From positions 62,001 to 126,000 of the IMG/VR virus record IMGVR_UViG_3300046653_000093: a stretch of DNA of 64,000 nt. One strand, given 5' to 3'. Under the pieces are notes generated by a model that was given only the letters and a program-made list of their open reading frames with translations, was not told the origin of the DNA and did no database searches. This document shows positions 7,456-16,061 of this stretch, piece after piece; positions within the stretch are counted from its first letter, which is position 1; the number at the start of each line of letters is the position of its first letter. The translations under genes were made by a program, and so were the position numbers.

Positions 7456-7503
7456 CCAGACGAGTTCGAAAGGGCCTTGCGAGTTCGACCCTCGCCCTCT
7501 CCG
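7414..7503 (+). tRNA. tRNA-Ser(GCT)
   Basis: GGAGAGG/CCTCTCC acceptor, G73, TCTGG-TTGCTAA-CCAGA anticodon arm, long variable arm. Confidence 0.9.
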
Positions 7504-7517
7504 CAATATGAGTACCT

Positions 7518-8018
7518 ATGAAAAAAGATACCTTCTACGATCAATATCCACTTGTATTTCCCACACGAGAACCTGAACAAGGTTTTCATTGTGGCAAGGG
7601 ATGGTATCAACTTCTGGATTGCCTATTCGAAGTAATCCAAAAACACCTTGAGAAGCTTGCAGAGCCGCCTCCGTTCCGCATTACTTACATCAAAGAGAAG
7701 TATGGCACGGTGCGCATCGGCTACGAGCACGCCACAGACTACATCAAGGAAACCCTCATCCAAGCCGAAGAGATGAGCGGACACATTTGCGAAACATGCG
7801 GCGAGTATGGCAAGCTTCGTGACTCCGCGCTTTGGATCAAGGTTCGCTGCGATGATTGCGAAGAGAAACATTTCGCATATCAAAACGCACCATTGTCTCC
7901 AGAGTCTCAAGCGGCGCTGGATGAGGGGCTACGTAGCGCCAAGGCTGACATCGAAGCTGGGAAGCCCCCGATTGATCTCGGGAGCTTCGCTCAGTACGCT
8001 GATGACGATGAAGAGTAG
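7518..8018 (+). CDS. Conserved phage hypothetical protein
   Basis: CGKGW...IKEKYGTVR...ICETCG...C pattern common in phage ORFs. Confidence 0.6.
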   Translation: MKKDTFYDQYPLVFPTREPEQGFHCGKGWYQLLDCLFEVIQKHLEKLAEPPPFRITYIKEKYGTVRIGYEHATDYIKETLIQAEEMSGHICETCGEYGKLRDSALWIKVRCDDCEEKHFAYQNAPLSPESQAALDEGLRSAKADIEAGKPPIDLGSFAQYADDDEE

Positions 8019-8027
8019 GTGTTACTC

Positions 8028-8618
8028 TTATAGTATCACCATAGTCTCTCCGCTCGGTGCAACAAACCAATCTTTCGTCAGCTTGTCTCGAAAGATTAAC
8101 CAATCAGTAGATAAGATCTTATCATCTACAATTTCGCACCTAAGCCTTTCTTGAATTCGCTTTAAGTTCTTATAATATCTCTGCTGATTGTTTCCGTAAA
8201 AATTACCTAGCACATATGCGTGCTTATCTGTCCATAGGTGCCATGACCCAAAACAAGCGGCCACGTCACCCTTTTCTTTTCGGAATTTTCTTGTCGGAAT
8301 TGGATCGCCTTCTTTGACCGTTTTGCGAAATTCTTCTAGAAAGCTAGGATAACGATCTAGAATTTGTTCATTTGTCAGGTTTATAGATGGGAATCCTGTG
8401 AATAAACAAGACATCAAGCTGCCATCTTCCCATATAGCCCTATCATGCTTGAAAATCTCAACGTCATACTTACCACTTGAGAACATAGGATAGACCCGAA
8501 TATGGGCGCTTCTTCTGCTCTTCCACTTACCCTTCGGCTTGATATCAGGAATATCAATTCCGGCAAAAATATCAAAGTCATCATCGCTTCGGACTTCTCC
8601 AAAAATATCTAGTTCCAT
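8028..8618 (-). CDS. Hypothetical protein
   Basis: 196 aa ORF. Confidence 0.55.
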   Translation of the reverse strand: MELDIFGEVRSDDDFDIFAGIDIPDIKPKGKWKSRRSAHIRVYPMFSSGKYDVEIFKHDRAIWEDGSLMSCLFTGFPSINLTNEQILDRYPSFLEEFRKTVKEGDPIPTRKFRKEKGDVAACFGSWHLWTDKHAYVLGNFYGNNQQRYYKNLKRIQERLRCEIVDDKILSTDWLIFRDKLTKDWFVAPSGETMVIL

Positions 8619-8651
8619 AACATTAAACTTTCTATCTTTAGGCGATGATGC

Positions 8652-9257
8652 TTATGATGCCAATGGTAATGGATAAAGATCCGGATTGATTGTATTGGTG
8701 GTTACAATACGATTCCTATTACTCCGCTTGAACCTGCGAAGAGTACCATCATTTTTGCGCAGAGACATTTCGGTTCCATCTGGTCCAGCATACACACCCA
8801 TACCTGGATAGATCCAATGATTAAATGGAGAAACCAATACATTGCCAACGAGTAATGGTATGTACTCGTCACAATTGAATATATTGATATCAACTCCAAA
8901 GAATTCACTCATGGCGATGAGAAGCTGGTCCACGAATGGAGCTTGGATTTGAGTGCCATGACCAGTTATAATGTTGCCAAGAATAAACAGAATAGTAAAC
9001 CTACCAGTTCTATAGCTGATTGCCTTTGGATCTTCGTAGTGCATCTTATGAATCGCCCCAGAACCTTCCAATTCTTCATCTTTGAATCCATCCAACCCAC
9101 GTGTAGTGGAGAATGGATATCTATCTCCAGCCACATCAAAAATAGGATTTGACTCAATATCCAAATACAAGCCAACAGAGCGATGCTCTGTTACTCTAGA
9201 TTCAGCACCAACAATGAGGGTTTCATAGTAGTCTAGCGGTATATATCTAAGTGCCAT
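8652..9257 (-). CDS. Hypothetical protein
   Basis: 201 aa ORF preceded by repeated AAAGGA. Confidence 0.55.
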   Translation of the reverse strand: MALRYIPLDYYETLIVGAESRVTEHRSVGLYLDIESNPIFDVAGDRYPFSTTRGLDGFKDEELEGSGAIHKMHYEDPKAISYRTGRFTILFILGNIITGHGTQIQAPFVDQLLIAMSEFFGVDINIFNCDEYIPLLVGNVLVSPFNHWIYPGMGVYAGPDGTEMSLRKNDGTLRRFKRSNRNRIVTTNTINPDLYPLPLAS

Positions 9258-9262
9258 GTTTT

Positions 9263-9289
9263 TCCTTTATCCTTTATCCTTTATCCTTT
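9263..9289 (-). repeat. Four AAAGGA (SD-like) copies with 7-nt period
   Basis: + strand TCCTTT at 9263, 9270, 9277 and 9284. Confidence 0.85.
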
Positions 9290-9344
9290 TTGGAGGATAT
9301 GAAAAGGAAGTGCATCTAGGCGGGATCCTCGACGGGGAAAATAG

Positions 9345-9569
9345 CTACTTCTCATTCTTACAAGCAAACTCAACGATAGCCGATTCCAAATCACAATCCT
9401 CGATGTAGAACAGCGGAACCTTAGGTGCTGTTTCCGAGGCACGGATAGCATTCACAATCAATTGACCAAGGCGCAAATCTGGACACTTGATCCACGATTG
9501 AAAGATAGCCTCGATCATCATACTTTTCTGGGCCACAGTAATTGATCGCCCCTCTATCGGCTTAGTCAT
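9345..9569 (-). CDS. Hypothetical protein
   Basis: W..CPDLRLGQLIVN...LFYIED phage-type motif. Confidence 0.6.
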   Translation of the reverse strand: MTKPIEGRSITVAQKSMMIEAIFQSWIKCPDLRLGQLIVNAIRASETAPKVPLFYIEDCDLESAIVEFACKNEK

Positions 9570-9769
9570 TGACTAATGCGCTCTTATTAGCTCAACGTAG
9601 TAGGTTTCATCTTGGTCTGCCACACGTTGAAATACCTTACGGCAATCATGACACTCTACCACTGACGTCACCCTAAGGCCAATTAGAGTACCATTGCACT
9701 TTGGGCAATTGGCTTCTGAAATCAATTCCTGTGTATTTCAAGCATTATCATATTGTACTCATCATTCCG

Positions 9770-10018
9770 TCAGGAAACGAAGTCTGCTCGACCCAATCTT
9801 GACCGAATACATCCAAGCAATACCTCTGATACTGGACATCCATCTTTTCTCTCAATTGTAAGAGGGTACGGATTGAGAATGTAATCTTCTCTTGCATATC
9901 CGAGGAAATCAATAATAGTAAAAACTTCGTGTTGAATTACTTGAAATAGACCAGCTATAGAGTTCTTGAAAGTTGGTTTATATTCTAATTCATTGTTGAG
10001 AATTGTTACTGCACCCAT
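9770..10018 (-). CDS. Hypothetical protein
   Basis: ORF in the minus-strand gene run. Confidence 0.45.
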   Translation of the reverse strand: MGAVTILNNELEYKPTFKNSIAGLFQVIQHEVFTIIDFLGYAREDYILNPYPLTIERKDGCPVSEVLLGCIRSRLGRADFVS

Positions 10019-10021
10019 ACT

Positions 10022-10522
10022 TCACCCCTGATCGTATACAGTAACATTGATACCTCTTTTCAATAACTCATTCTCAATAAGTGGCTCAATTTCTTCCCAG
10101 TTACCCTGAGCGAGCCCACACCCAATCCTGGGCATGTGTACTGCTGCGTTATACTTACTGATTTCGTCACCAGCCTTATCCAAACACTTTTGTAGGGCGC
10201 TGTAGTCAATTGGCTTAGGATTTTTTGGACCCACGATACCTTTTTGGGCGACCATATTGATCACCACAAGGTCGCTGAGAATTTGTATAATCTGGATGTC
10301 TCCGAGAAGCAATTTTCCGTAACGTTCACGCCACCACTTGCGATATTCAATCTCGACTTTTGGCCATCGCCTTGCAAGCGCTCCAGAGAAGCCCGCTCCG
10401 TATTTACCCTCATCATTGACAATCTGAATTACGTAACGGGTGTTACTTCCAAGAGGATTGGTAGCATCGCCATTCACGAACTTGAGCAGACCTTTTGGAT
10501 TATGATCACTTGGTTTTACCAT
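10022..10522 (-). CDS. Macrodomain ADP-ribose hydrolase (TARG1/Poa1p-like class)
   Basis: GDAT...IVND.G.YGAGFSGAL...MPRIGCGLAQGNW. Confidence 0.9.
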   Translation of the reverse strand: MVKPSDHNPKGLLKFVNGDATNPLGSNTRYVIQIVNDEGKYGAGFSGALARRWPKVEIEYRKWWRERYGKLLLGDIQIIQILSDLVVINMVAQKGIVGPKNPKPIDYSALQKCLDKAGDEISKYNAAVHMPRIGCGLAQGNWEEIEPLIENELLKRGINVTVYDQG

Positions 10523-10619
10523 ATTTTTCCTACTTAAAAGAGGTAGTTTTTTGATTCTGAAACTACCAAAACAGCCGCACCACCGATCACCACTGCGCCG
10601 CCGACCAAGCGGAAAGACA

Positions 10620-10847
10620 TTATTTTTTTCTATAGATTATTCTACATTTGGTCATGTCGAATGTATCCAGCTCAACATCAACCTTATCGCCCTCAACAAC
10701 TTTTATATTATTGGTGCGCATCTTACCGGAAAGTTGTCCCATCACTTTTTTTGTATTACCGTTTTCAAGATCTATGCTAACGGCGAAGAATCCGTTACCG
10801 CAAGCTCTATCAATTATTCCGTTGAATCTTGGTTTTTCAGAAGGCAT
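10620..10847 (-). CDS. infA: Translation initiation factor IF-1
   Basis: GNGFFAV...LSGKMRTNNIKVVEGDKVDVELDTFDMTKCRIIYR. Confidence 0.92.
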   Translation of the reverse strand: MPSEKPRFNGIIDRACGNGFFAVSIDLENGNTKKVMGQLSGKMRTNNIKVVEGDKVDVELDTFDMTKCRIIYRKK

Positions 10848-11371
10848 CTAACTCTTTCCTTAAGATTTTTTTCTTCAATTGGAATTCCTGAAACCCAAGC
10901 TTCCTCGATTTCGAAATCTTTAGGATATGAAATATTGGTTGGCTTAATTAATCTTGTATTTGTTTCAAGATATCCATTTACTATATATCGAAGAGTATTG
11001 ATTCCTAACAATAAAGGACTGATATTATTCTTCCAAATACCACCCTCAAAATAACAACTGCGAAGTTTACCGTCATTACCAAGAAATGTAATGATGTCTT
11101 TTTCTTTTGCAGAATATAGAATAAACCAATAACTATTCTTTCCGATCAGGGCTGGCCTTGCCTTGCGGAAGATGTCCTTGGTCTTTGTGGCTGGGACAAG
11201 CGCCGGATAAACCTGTACTGCTCGGTTCTTAAAGATACGCAACCGATTACCTTCCGAATCGAGCCAAAAGTGCCAGTCACCCTTTGGCTCAAGCATTAGC
11301 ATGTCAGCCAGGATATCAAATGGGCAGTTGATTGCCGCCCGCGCCGAAGCTATTGCCCTATCCTTTTGCAT
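10814..11371 (-). CDS. Hypothetical protein
   Basis: 185 aa ORF overlapping both neighbours. Confidence 0.5.
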   Translation of the reverse strand: MQKDRAIASARAAINCPFDILADMLMLEPKGDWHFWLDSEGNRLRIFKNRAVQVYPALVPATKTKDIFRKARPALIGKNSYWFILYSAKEKDIITFLGNDGKLRSCYFEGGIWKNNISPLLLGINTLRYIVNGYLETNTRLIKPTNISYPKDFEIEEAWVSGIPIEEKNLKERVRCLLKNQDSTE

Positions 11372-12081
11372 AACTGTGGTTTATCAGAAACTATTGGATA
11401 TGGCTTTGTAATCATCTTATGGCGAGTTAGTTTTTCCCTCTGCCATACTAAGGCAATAATAGCCTTCTGATTTGAGATGAAATACGGCCACCTTGGATGT
11501 TTATTTGGAGCCTCGGTGCTCGTAACGATTCCGTACAACGCTTCTGCCTCATTAGCGAATTCAATATCAGCTATTGGAGGCTGCTTATTGTATGTACTGA
11601 ATCTGCAATCGCCCCAAGAGAACTCACCTATGTTTGGCCAAAGGTTTCCGACTACATTATGTATATCAGAGTATTCAAGATCAAACAACGGAAAGATATC
11701 TGCATTGCCATCTGATCTCTTTCCATAACTTCGATGGTAAAGGCCAAACGTTCTATCTACTGAACCCACTACTAGACCATTGTCCCCGGCAATTTCGGCG
11801 CAAGTCAAATAGAAATTTTCATCTGATAAAAACGGACGATCATAGTATGTTATCTTTCCGTTGAATACGTTTTGTGTTCCAATCCTTTCTCCTCTACATA
11901 AAGCATGAGTAGATAACCATCCCCCATACATCTCAGTAGCTTTTGAACAAATACTAAGTAGAAGGGCATCGGAGCGGCAACCTCGAAAACCTACAACAAA
12001 TACACTTCGTCCAGCAGCCTTGGCGTACTCCGCTAGCCACGTTGCTAAATGTTTAATAAGTAGATCTTGATTGATAATCAT
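11350..12081 (-). CDS. Degenerate NAD synthetase (NadE)-like protein
   Basis: WLAEYAKAAG..VFVVGFRGCRSDAL, GLVVGS, YGKRSDGNADIFPLFDLEYSDI and EKLTRHK follow NadE motif order; SGGxDS motif lost. Confidence 0.6.
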   Translation of the reverse strand: MIINQDLLIKHLATWLAEYAKAAGRSVFVVGFRGCRSDALLLSICSKATEMYGGWLSTHALCRGERIGTQNVFNGKITYYDRPFLSDENFYLTCAEIAGDNGLVVGSVDRTFGLYHRSYGKRSDGNADIFPLFDLEYSDIHNVVGNLWPNIGEFSWGDCRFSTYNKQPPIADIEFANEAEALYGIVTSTEAPNKHPRWPYFISNQKAIIALVWQREKLTRHKMITKPYPIVSDKPQLCKRIGQ

Positions 12082-12302
12082 TTCTTCTTTGAATCTTTTA
12101 CTACCCTATCAACCAAACCCTGAATATCTAGGTTTGGCATTGTTGGGGTATCATCAACTGATTTAAATCTATCCAATGCGTAATCTGCAATTTTGCCAGC
12201 CCTATGAATAACATCATCAGCAGAGTAATTTGAACATTTCATCATAGCTGTAGTTATACGAGTATATACATGATACCAAACTTGATACTCTGAATATTTC
12301 AT
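12078..12302 (-). CDS. Hypothetical protein
   Basis: Coupled ORF. Confidence 0.5.
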   Translation of the reverse strand: MKYSEYQVWYHVYTRITTAMMKCSNYSADDVIHRAGKIADYALDRFKSVDDTPTMPNLDIQGLVDRVVKDSKKK

Positions 12303-12613
12303 GATGGTATTACTTCCTTCTTCTTTCGTGATTTCTTAACTCTAACAGGTGATGTTGGGCTATGATAATTGGAAATTATCTGCTTGATCTCAAGTGTCTC
12401 TTCGGGAGTGCAAGCATTGCCAAGAGAATTCATAACTTCCAGACCATAATTGTTTGTCTGTTGGTTTTTGTGAATTATTACCCATGCTCTTGGAAGGCTA
12501 TCCATAATTGCCTTCCTGTAGCTTATCATAAGATTGAGATCTGTACTTATCTCAAACAAGTCTTTTCGCTGTTCAATAGGCGTTGTCATATTATTCTTTC
12601 TATAGCAAACCAA
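12299..12613 (-). CDS. Hypothetical protein
   Basis: Coupled ORF. Confidence 0.5.
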   Translation of the reverse strand: MVCYRKNNMTTPIEQRKDLFEISTDLNLMISYRKAIMDSLPRAWVIIHKNQQTNNYGLEVMNSLGNACTPEETLEIKQIISNYHSPTSPVRVKKSRKKKEVIPS

Positions 12614-13169
12614 GCAACATCATTGCTAGCACACATCCATGTCCGAATTTGATATTCTCGTTCTCAATAAGTTTAAAAATATCATATCCAATCACATTGA
12701 TATTGTGAGCATCAAAGTCTTGAAGTACCAATATATCAGATGAGTCAAATGCGTCCTGAAGCTTGGAAAATGCTATTGTATTTCTTACAGCTTCAGAATA
12801 TATAGGAAGATATATCTTCTTCCTTGCCTCAATATATCCAAATTTTTGGCCATCCCACAAAGAATACAGTGGCCTAGCTCCTCGACCTTTGGGATAACGA
12901 TCGGCCATGCGCTTATCCCAACCCTTCTGAGCCCAATCGAAATAGGATTGGTTGGGTTCGTTGTTCTCGTCCGTATACTCAACATACACCTTAGAATACT
13001 GCCAAGCATTCTCTACGTTCTGCGATGTATAATCTCCATATAGCTTGACTGGTCCAAGGAAGAATGGAGATAGTCCTCTGCCCCAATCTCCAGAGCGTGA
13101 TGTTGTATTGACAACAGTTGCCCCCTCTGGGGCCGCATATGAATGCATGGCTACAATTAGTTGTTTCAT
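12600..13169 (-). CDS. DUF6939-like protein
   Basis: TTSRS...LSPF..GP...VENAWQYSKVY...YIEARKKIYLP.Y...GHG.VL. Confidence 0.6.
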   Translation of the reverse strand: MKQLIVAMHSYAAPEGATVVNTTSRSGDWGRGLSPFFLGPVKLYGDYTSQNVENAWQYSKVYVEYTDENNEPNQSYFDWAQKGWDKRMADRYPKGRGARPLYSLWDGQKFGYIEARKKIYLPIYSEAVRNTIAFSKLQDAFDSSDILVLQDFDAHNINVIGYDIFKLIENENIKFGHGCVLAMMLLGLL

Positions 13170-13762
13170 TTGTATACTAAAGAAATTCCACTAGCCGGGT
13201 CTTCTGCCAAGATAGTAAGTCGTTGCTTGAAATCGAATTCTAAGTCTTTTTGCAGACTAACATACTCTTGTTTTCTTTCTGTTGACTTACTAATAAGTCT
13301 AGAAAGAGATCCTTTAGGATCAAGATACGCCCCATACAGATATTGCATCCTGATTTTAGAAGTGGCCTCTCGAACTTCTTTAGCAGCAAGTTCTTTGAAC
13401 TTTTCTACATTACTTTCTATTCTGGTGCTCTTGAGAATTCCACAGTCAATATCAAAGAACATATCCTCTTCATACATTGAGCCATACCCGGCGTGAACAT
13501 AATGAAGTTCATGACCTTTCCAAACATGAAGTTCTTGAGAAACCCAATCGGCAAAAAATGGGCCTTTCCCCTTCATAACTCCGCCAACCACTCGATTGAG
13601 ATATAGCTTATTATCTACAATCTCCCACTCCCCAACGTACCCTCGATAGTTGGCTGTGTGAAATGGATGACTTGGATTAGCCTTACCATTTAGGCTTGGA
13701 TTAGAGATCATATCCAGCTTCTCATCTTCATAGATAAGAATTTCAGGTTCTTGCGCAGTCAT
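13166..13762 (-). CDS. Hypothetical protein
   Basis: TANYRGYVGEWEI...FADW..HAGYGSMYE conserved-looking motif. Confidence 0.55.
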   Translation of the reverse strand: MTAQEPEILIYEDEKLDMISNPSLNGKANPSHPFHTANYRGYVGEWEIVDNKLYLNRVVGGVMKGKGPFFADWVSQELHVWKGHELHYVHAGYGSMYEEDMFFDIDCGILKSTRIESNVEKFKELAAKEVREATSKIRMQYLYGAYLDPKGSLSRLISKSTERKQEYVSLQKDLEFDFKQRLTILAEDPASGISLVYK

Positions 13763-14055
13763 ACTGTATCATCTTCTTCTGGTCCAATGAAAATTCTAGC
13801 CCTATCTATTGCGCCAGATAGATCTTCCAATTCTCTCAAGATCCAATCGCGATTAGTTTCGCGTTGTTCAGGTGGAATATCGGGGTTGGTACTTTCCAAT
13901 CCCCAGCGTTGAGTTTTACCAACTGCTGCAAGAACTTCACCACACTCTTCTACGAGATATCCAAGTGCCTGTTTGGTTGTTTTTGGTTCGTATTGTGGTT
14001 TCATGTTACCATCATTCTTTAATACTAAGAGATTTGTATAGAGAATCTTTGTCAA
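13759..14055 (-). CDS. MazG-like NTP pyrophosphatase
   Basis: EECGEV...ELEDL all-alpha motif. Confidence 0.6.
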   Translation of the reverse strand: MTKILYTNLLVLKNDGNMKPQYEPKTTKQALGYLVEECGEVLAAVGKTQRWGLESTNPDIPPEQRETNRDWILRELEDLSGAIDRARIFIGPEEDDTV

Positions 14056-14362
14056 CTGGTGATGGTTCTGGTCTGCGGAATATCATTGGATTCGGTGGCA
14101 ACGAAAGATATTCTGTATACAGATGTCCCCATTCAGGAACCTTAGGATGGCATTGATCATTCATTTCCTTGACTAAATCCAAAGCCGCTACAGCTGTTAT
14201 CTTAATATTCTCGGGATCATTAGATTCAATAATGATATGTAGAGCCTCTATCAAGTTAGCAATCAAAACACCACGACCATCATAGTATCTAGCCAGAGCA
14301 TTCAACCTATCATAAGATACCATTTCTTCTCTATACTTTTCAATGGTCATAATAACCATCAC
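14012..14362 (-). CDS. Hypothetical protein
   Basis: ORF in the minus-strand gene run. Confidence 0.45.
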   Translation of the reverse strand: MMVIMTIEKYREEMVSYDRLNALARYYDGRGVLIANLIEALHIIIESNDPENIKITAVAALDLVKEMNDQCHPKVPEWGHLYTEYLSLPPNPMIFRRPEPSPVDKDSLYKSLSIKE

Positions 14363-15173
14363 TTTCGAGAGCTATCTTCAAATTGCTATATAATACATCA
14401 GGATCGTTATCAGAAAGTCCCGACATTTGACCATCATTCAATTCGATAAGAATCCATTCACCAGCGGCTGTCTTTGCCACATCAATCACATAGTAATCTG
14501 GCGGCTCGCTCAGCTCTGTGTTTTGAACTTTATCGATAATAGCATTTAGGAAAGAGCGTGGTACCTCGTCCGGATTTACGTTGACACCTTCGGCTTTGAT
14601 ATCTTCAGAATGAGATGCCCAGTAGAAGCCGCCGCTGAGTATCTTATGTTTATAAATAAAGAAGCGATACTCTCTGGTAATTGGGAGTCCTTGAAGTCCT
14701 TCTGAAAGTGTCTCTAATGGCACATATTGTCGAATATATATCTTTTGGTATTGCAGCATCGAATCAGCTGTGAGGCGTCCATGAACTTCGATAGCCTCCC
14801 TCTTGTCCTTCGCGAACATATGGGTATTCCATAAGAATTTCTTCGAGTTTGTCTCGCCCTTCAGAACGAATGTCCCTTGCTCTGGAATGGTATGAAGCTC
14901 ATTCCAAGTTCGCGGCGTGAATTCTGCAAGGTCCATATACCAATTACCCAAGTCAGCAATGTATAGATGCTGCTCGTAGGTATTGATCATCTTACATCCC
15001 ACATACCCAAGATCTTTTTCTTGTTCCTTGTAGAATGGCAGAGCGGAGAATCTAGCAATCACCAAATTGTCTTTAAGTAGCATTCGGCTATCTATACAAG
15101 TGAAGTGCTTCTTTGCTACTTCTGCTTCTTGACGCCAATCTACATCATTGCGAAAGAGAATAACAGGCTTCAT
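14340..15173 (-). CDS. ATP-grasp domain protein (R2K/DUF4343-like)
   Basis: FVLKG...EYRFF...YVIDVA...WILIELNDGQMSG. Confidence 0.8.
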   Translation of the reverse strand: MKPVILFRNDVDWRQEAEVAKKHFTCIDSRMLLKDNLVIARFSALPFYKEQEKDLGYVGCKMINTYEQHLYIADLGNWYMDLAEFTPRTWNELHTIPEQGTFVLKGETNSKKFLWNTHMFAKDKREAIEVHGRLTADSMLQYQKIYIRQYVPLETLSEGLQGLPITREYRFFIYKHKILSGGFYWASHSEDIKAEGVNVNPDEVPRSFLNAIIDKVQNTELSEPPDYYVIDVAKTAAGEWILIELNDGQMSGLSDNDPDVLYSNLKIALESDGYYDH

Positions 15174-15423
15174 TTATTGCACCAAAAGCTATAAGATCCT
15201 CAGCAGCCATTATATCCTCAATGGCTCGTCTTTGAACTAATTGAAAAACATCATCCTCTGCATGGTTCATCATTTCTATAAATAGAAGATGCCTTCCCAA
15301 TATTGCTCTTCTAACATCGGCTTTAGAGACTTTTCGGACAAGTTCTCCAAACTCATTCTCGCGCCAACCACGAGGCAACATGGACTTGATGATCTTGCGC
15401 TTTTCACGATGTTTCTTTCCCAT
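15145..15423 (-). CDS. Hypothetical protein
   Basis: ATG 4 nt after tRNA-Pro; ORF-track start overlaps the tRNA. Confidence 0.5.
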   Translation of the reverse strand: MGKKHREKRKIIKSMLPRGWRENEFGELVRKVSKADVRRAILGRHLLFIEMMNHAEDDVFQLVQRRAIEDIMAAEDLIAFGAINEACYSLSQ

Positions 15424-15427
15424 TTTG

Positions 15428-15501
15428 TCGGAGTGGTCAGATTTGAACTGACAACCTTTCGGACCCAAACCGAACGCGCTACCAAGTTACGCTACACTCC
15501 G
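15428..15501 (-). tRNA. tRNA-Pro(TGG)
   Basis: CGGAGTG/CACTCCG acceptor, A73, TTCGG-TTTGGGT-CCGAA anticodon arm, GTTCAAATC T-loop. Confidence 0.92.
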
Positions 15502-15537
15502 ATTTTTAAGCTAAGCTATTCTAGTATATATCAGTAA

Positions 15538-15885
15538 TCAATCGTCGTAATCACTATTGCTATAACTCATATCAAGCATTTCAGCCAACTCTTCTAGAAC
15601 CGCCTTTACCTCAGCCCTTCTTTTTGCTTCTGGCATATTGGCTTCCATCTTCTTTATGATCTTGGAAACTTCATTTGCTTCCTCGATTGATTCTAGTGTT
15701 TGCGTCCTGACCTTGACTGATACAACTTCTCCGAGCATTGTTGCTCTAATATATCTAAAAGCCAGATCTTCTTTATCATTGTAAGATCCAACCACTACAG
15801 CACCATCTAGTTGACTCATGCCACCTGCGACTTCAGTCACTTCAGCTGCTATATATGTCTTCTTGGATGTCTCTATAATCTTCAT
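15538..15885 (-). CDS. Hypothetical protein
   Basis: 115 aa ORF. Confidence 0.5.
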   Translation of the reverse strand: MKIIETSKKTYIAAEVTEVAGGMSQLDGAVVVGSYNDKEDLAFRYIRATMLGEVVSVKVRTQTLESIEEANEVSKIIKKMEANMPEAKRRAEVKAVLEELAEMLDMSYSNSDYDD

Positions 15886-16061
15886 GATATACCCTTCTTA
15901 TACTTTCCAGAAAAGTATAAATACTTTTCTTTTATTTTCAATACCAACTTCAATTTCATTAAATTCAGCTAGTTCATAAGATCCTTGATCGCTATGAACA
16001 ACAGGTAAATCTCCGTGAATCAAAATAAGCTCTTCAAGTTTAGTGCTAAGTTCTTTTGCAT

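Noticed and set aside
10551-11054. Plus-strand ORFs opposite infA, and similar antisense ORFs across the minus-strand gene runs
   Set aside because: They overlap confidently assigned genes on the other strand and show no motifs.
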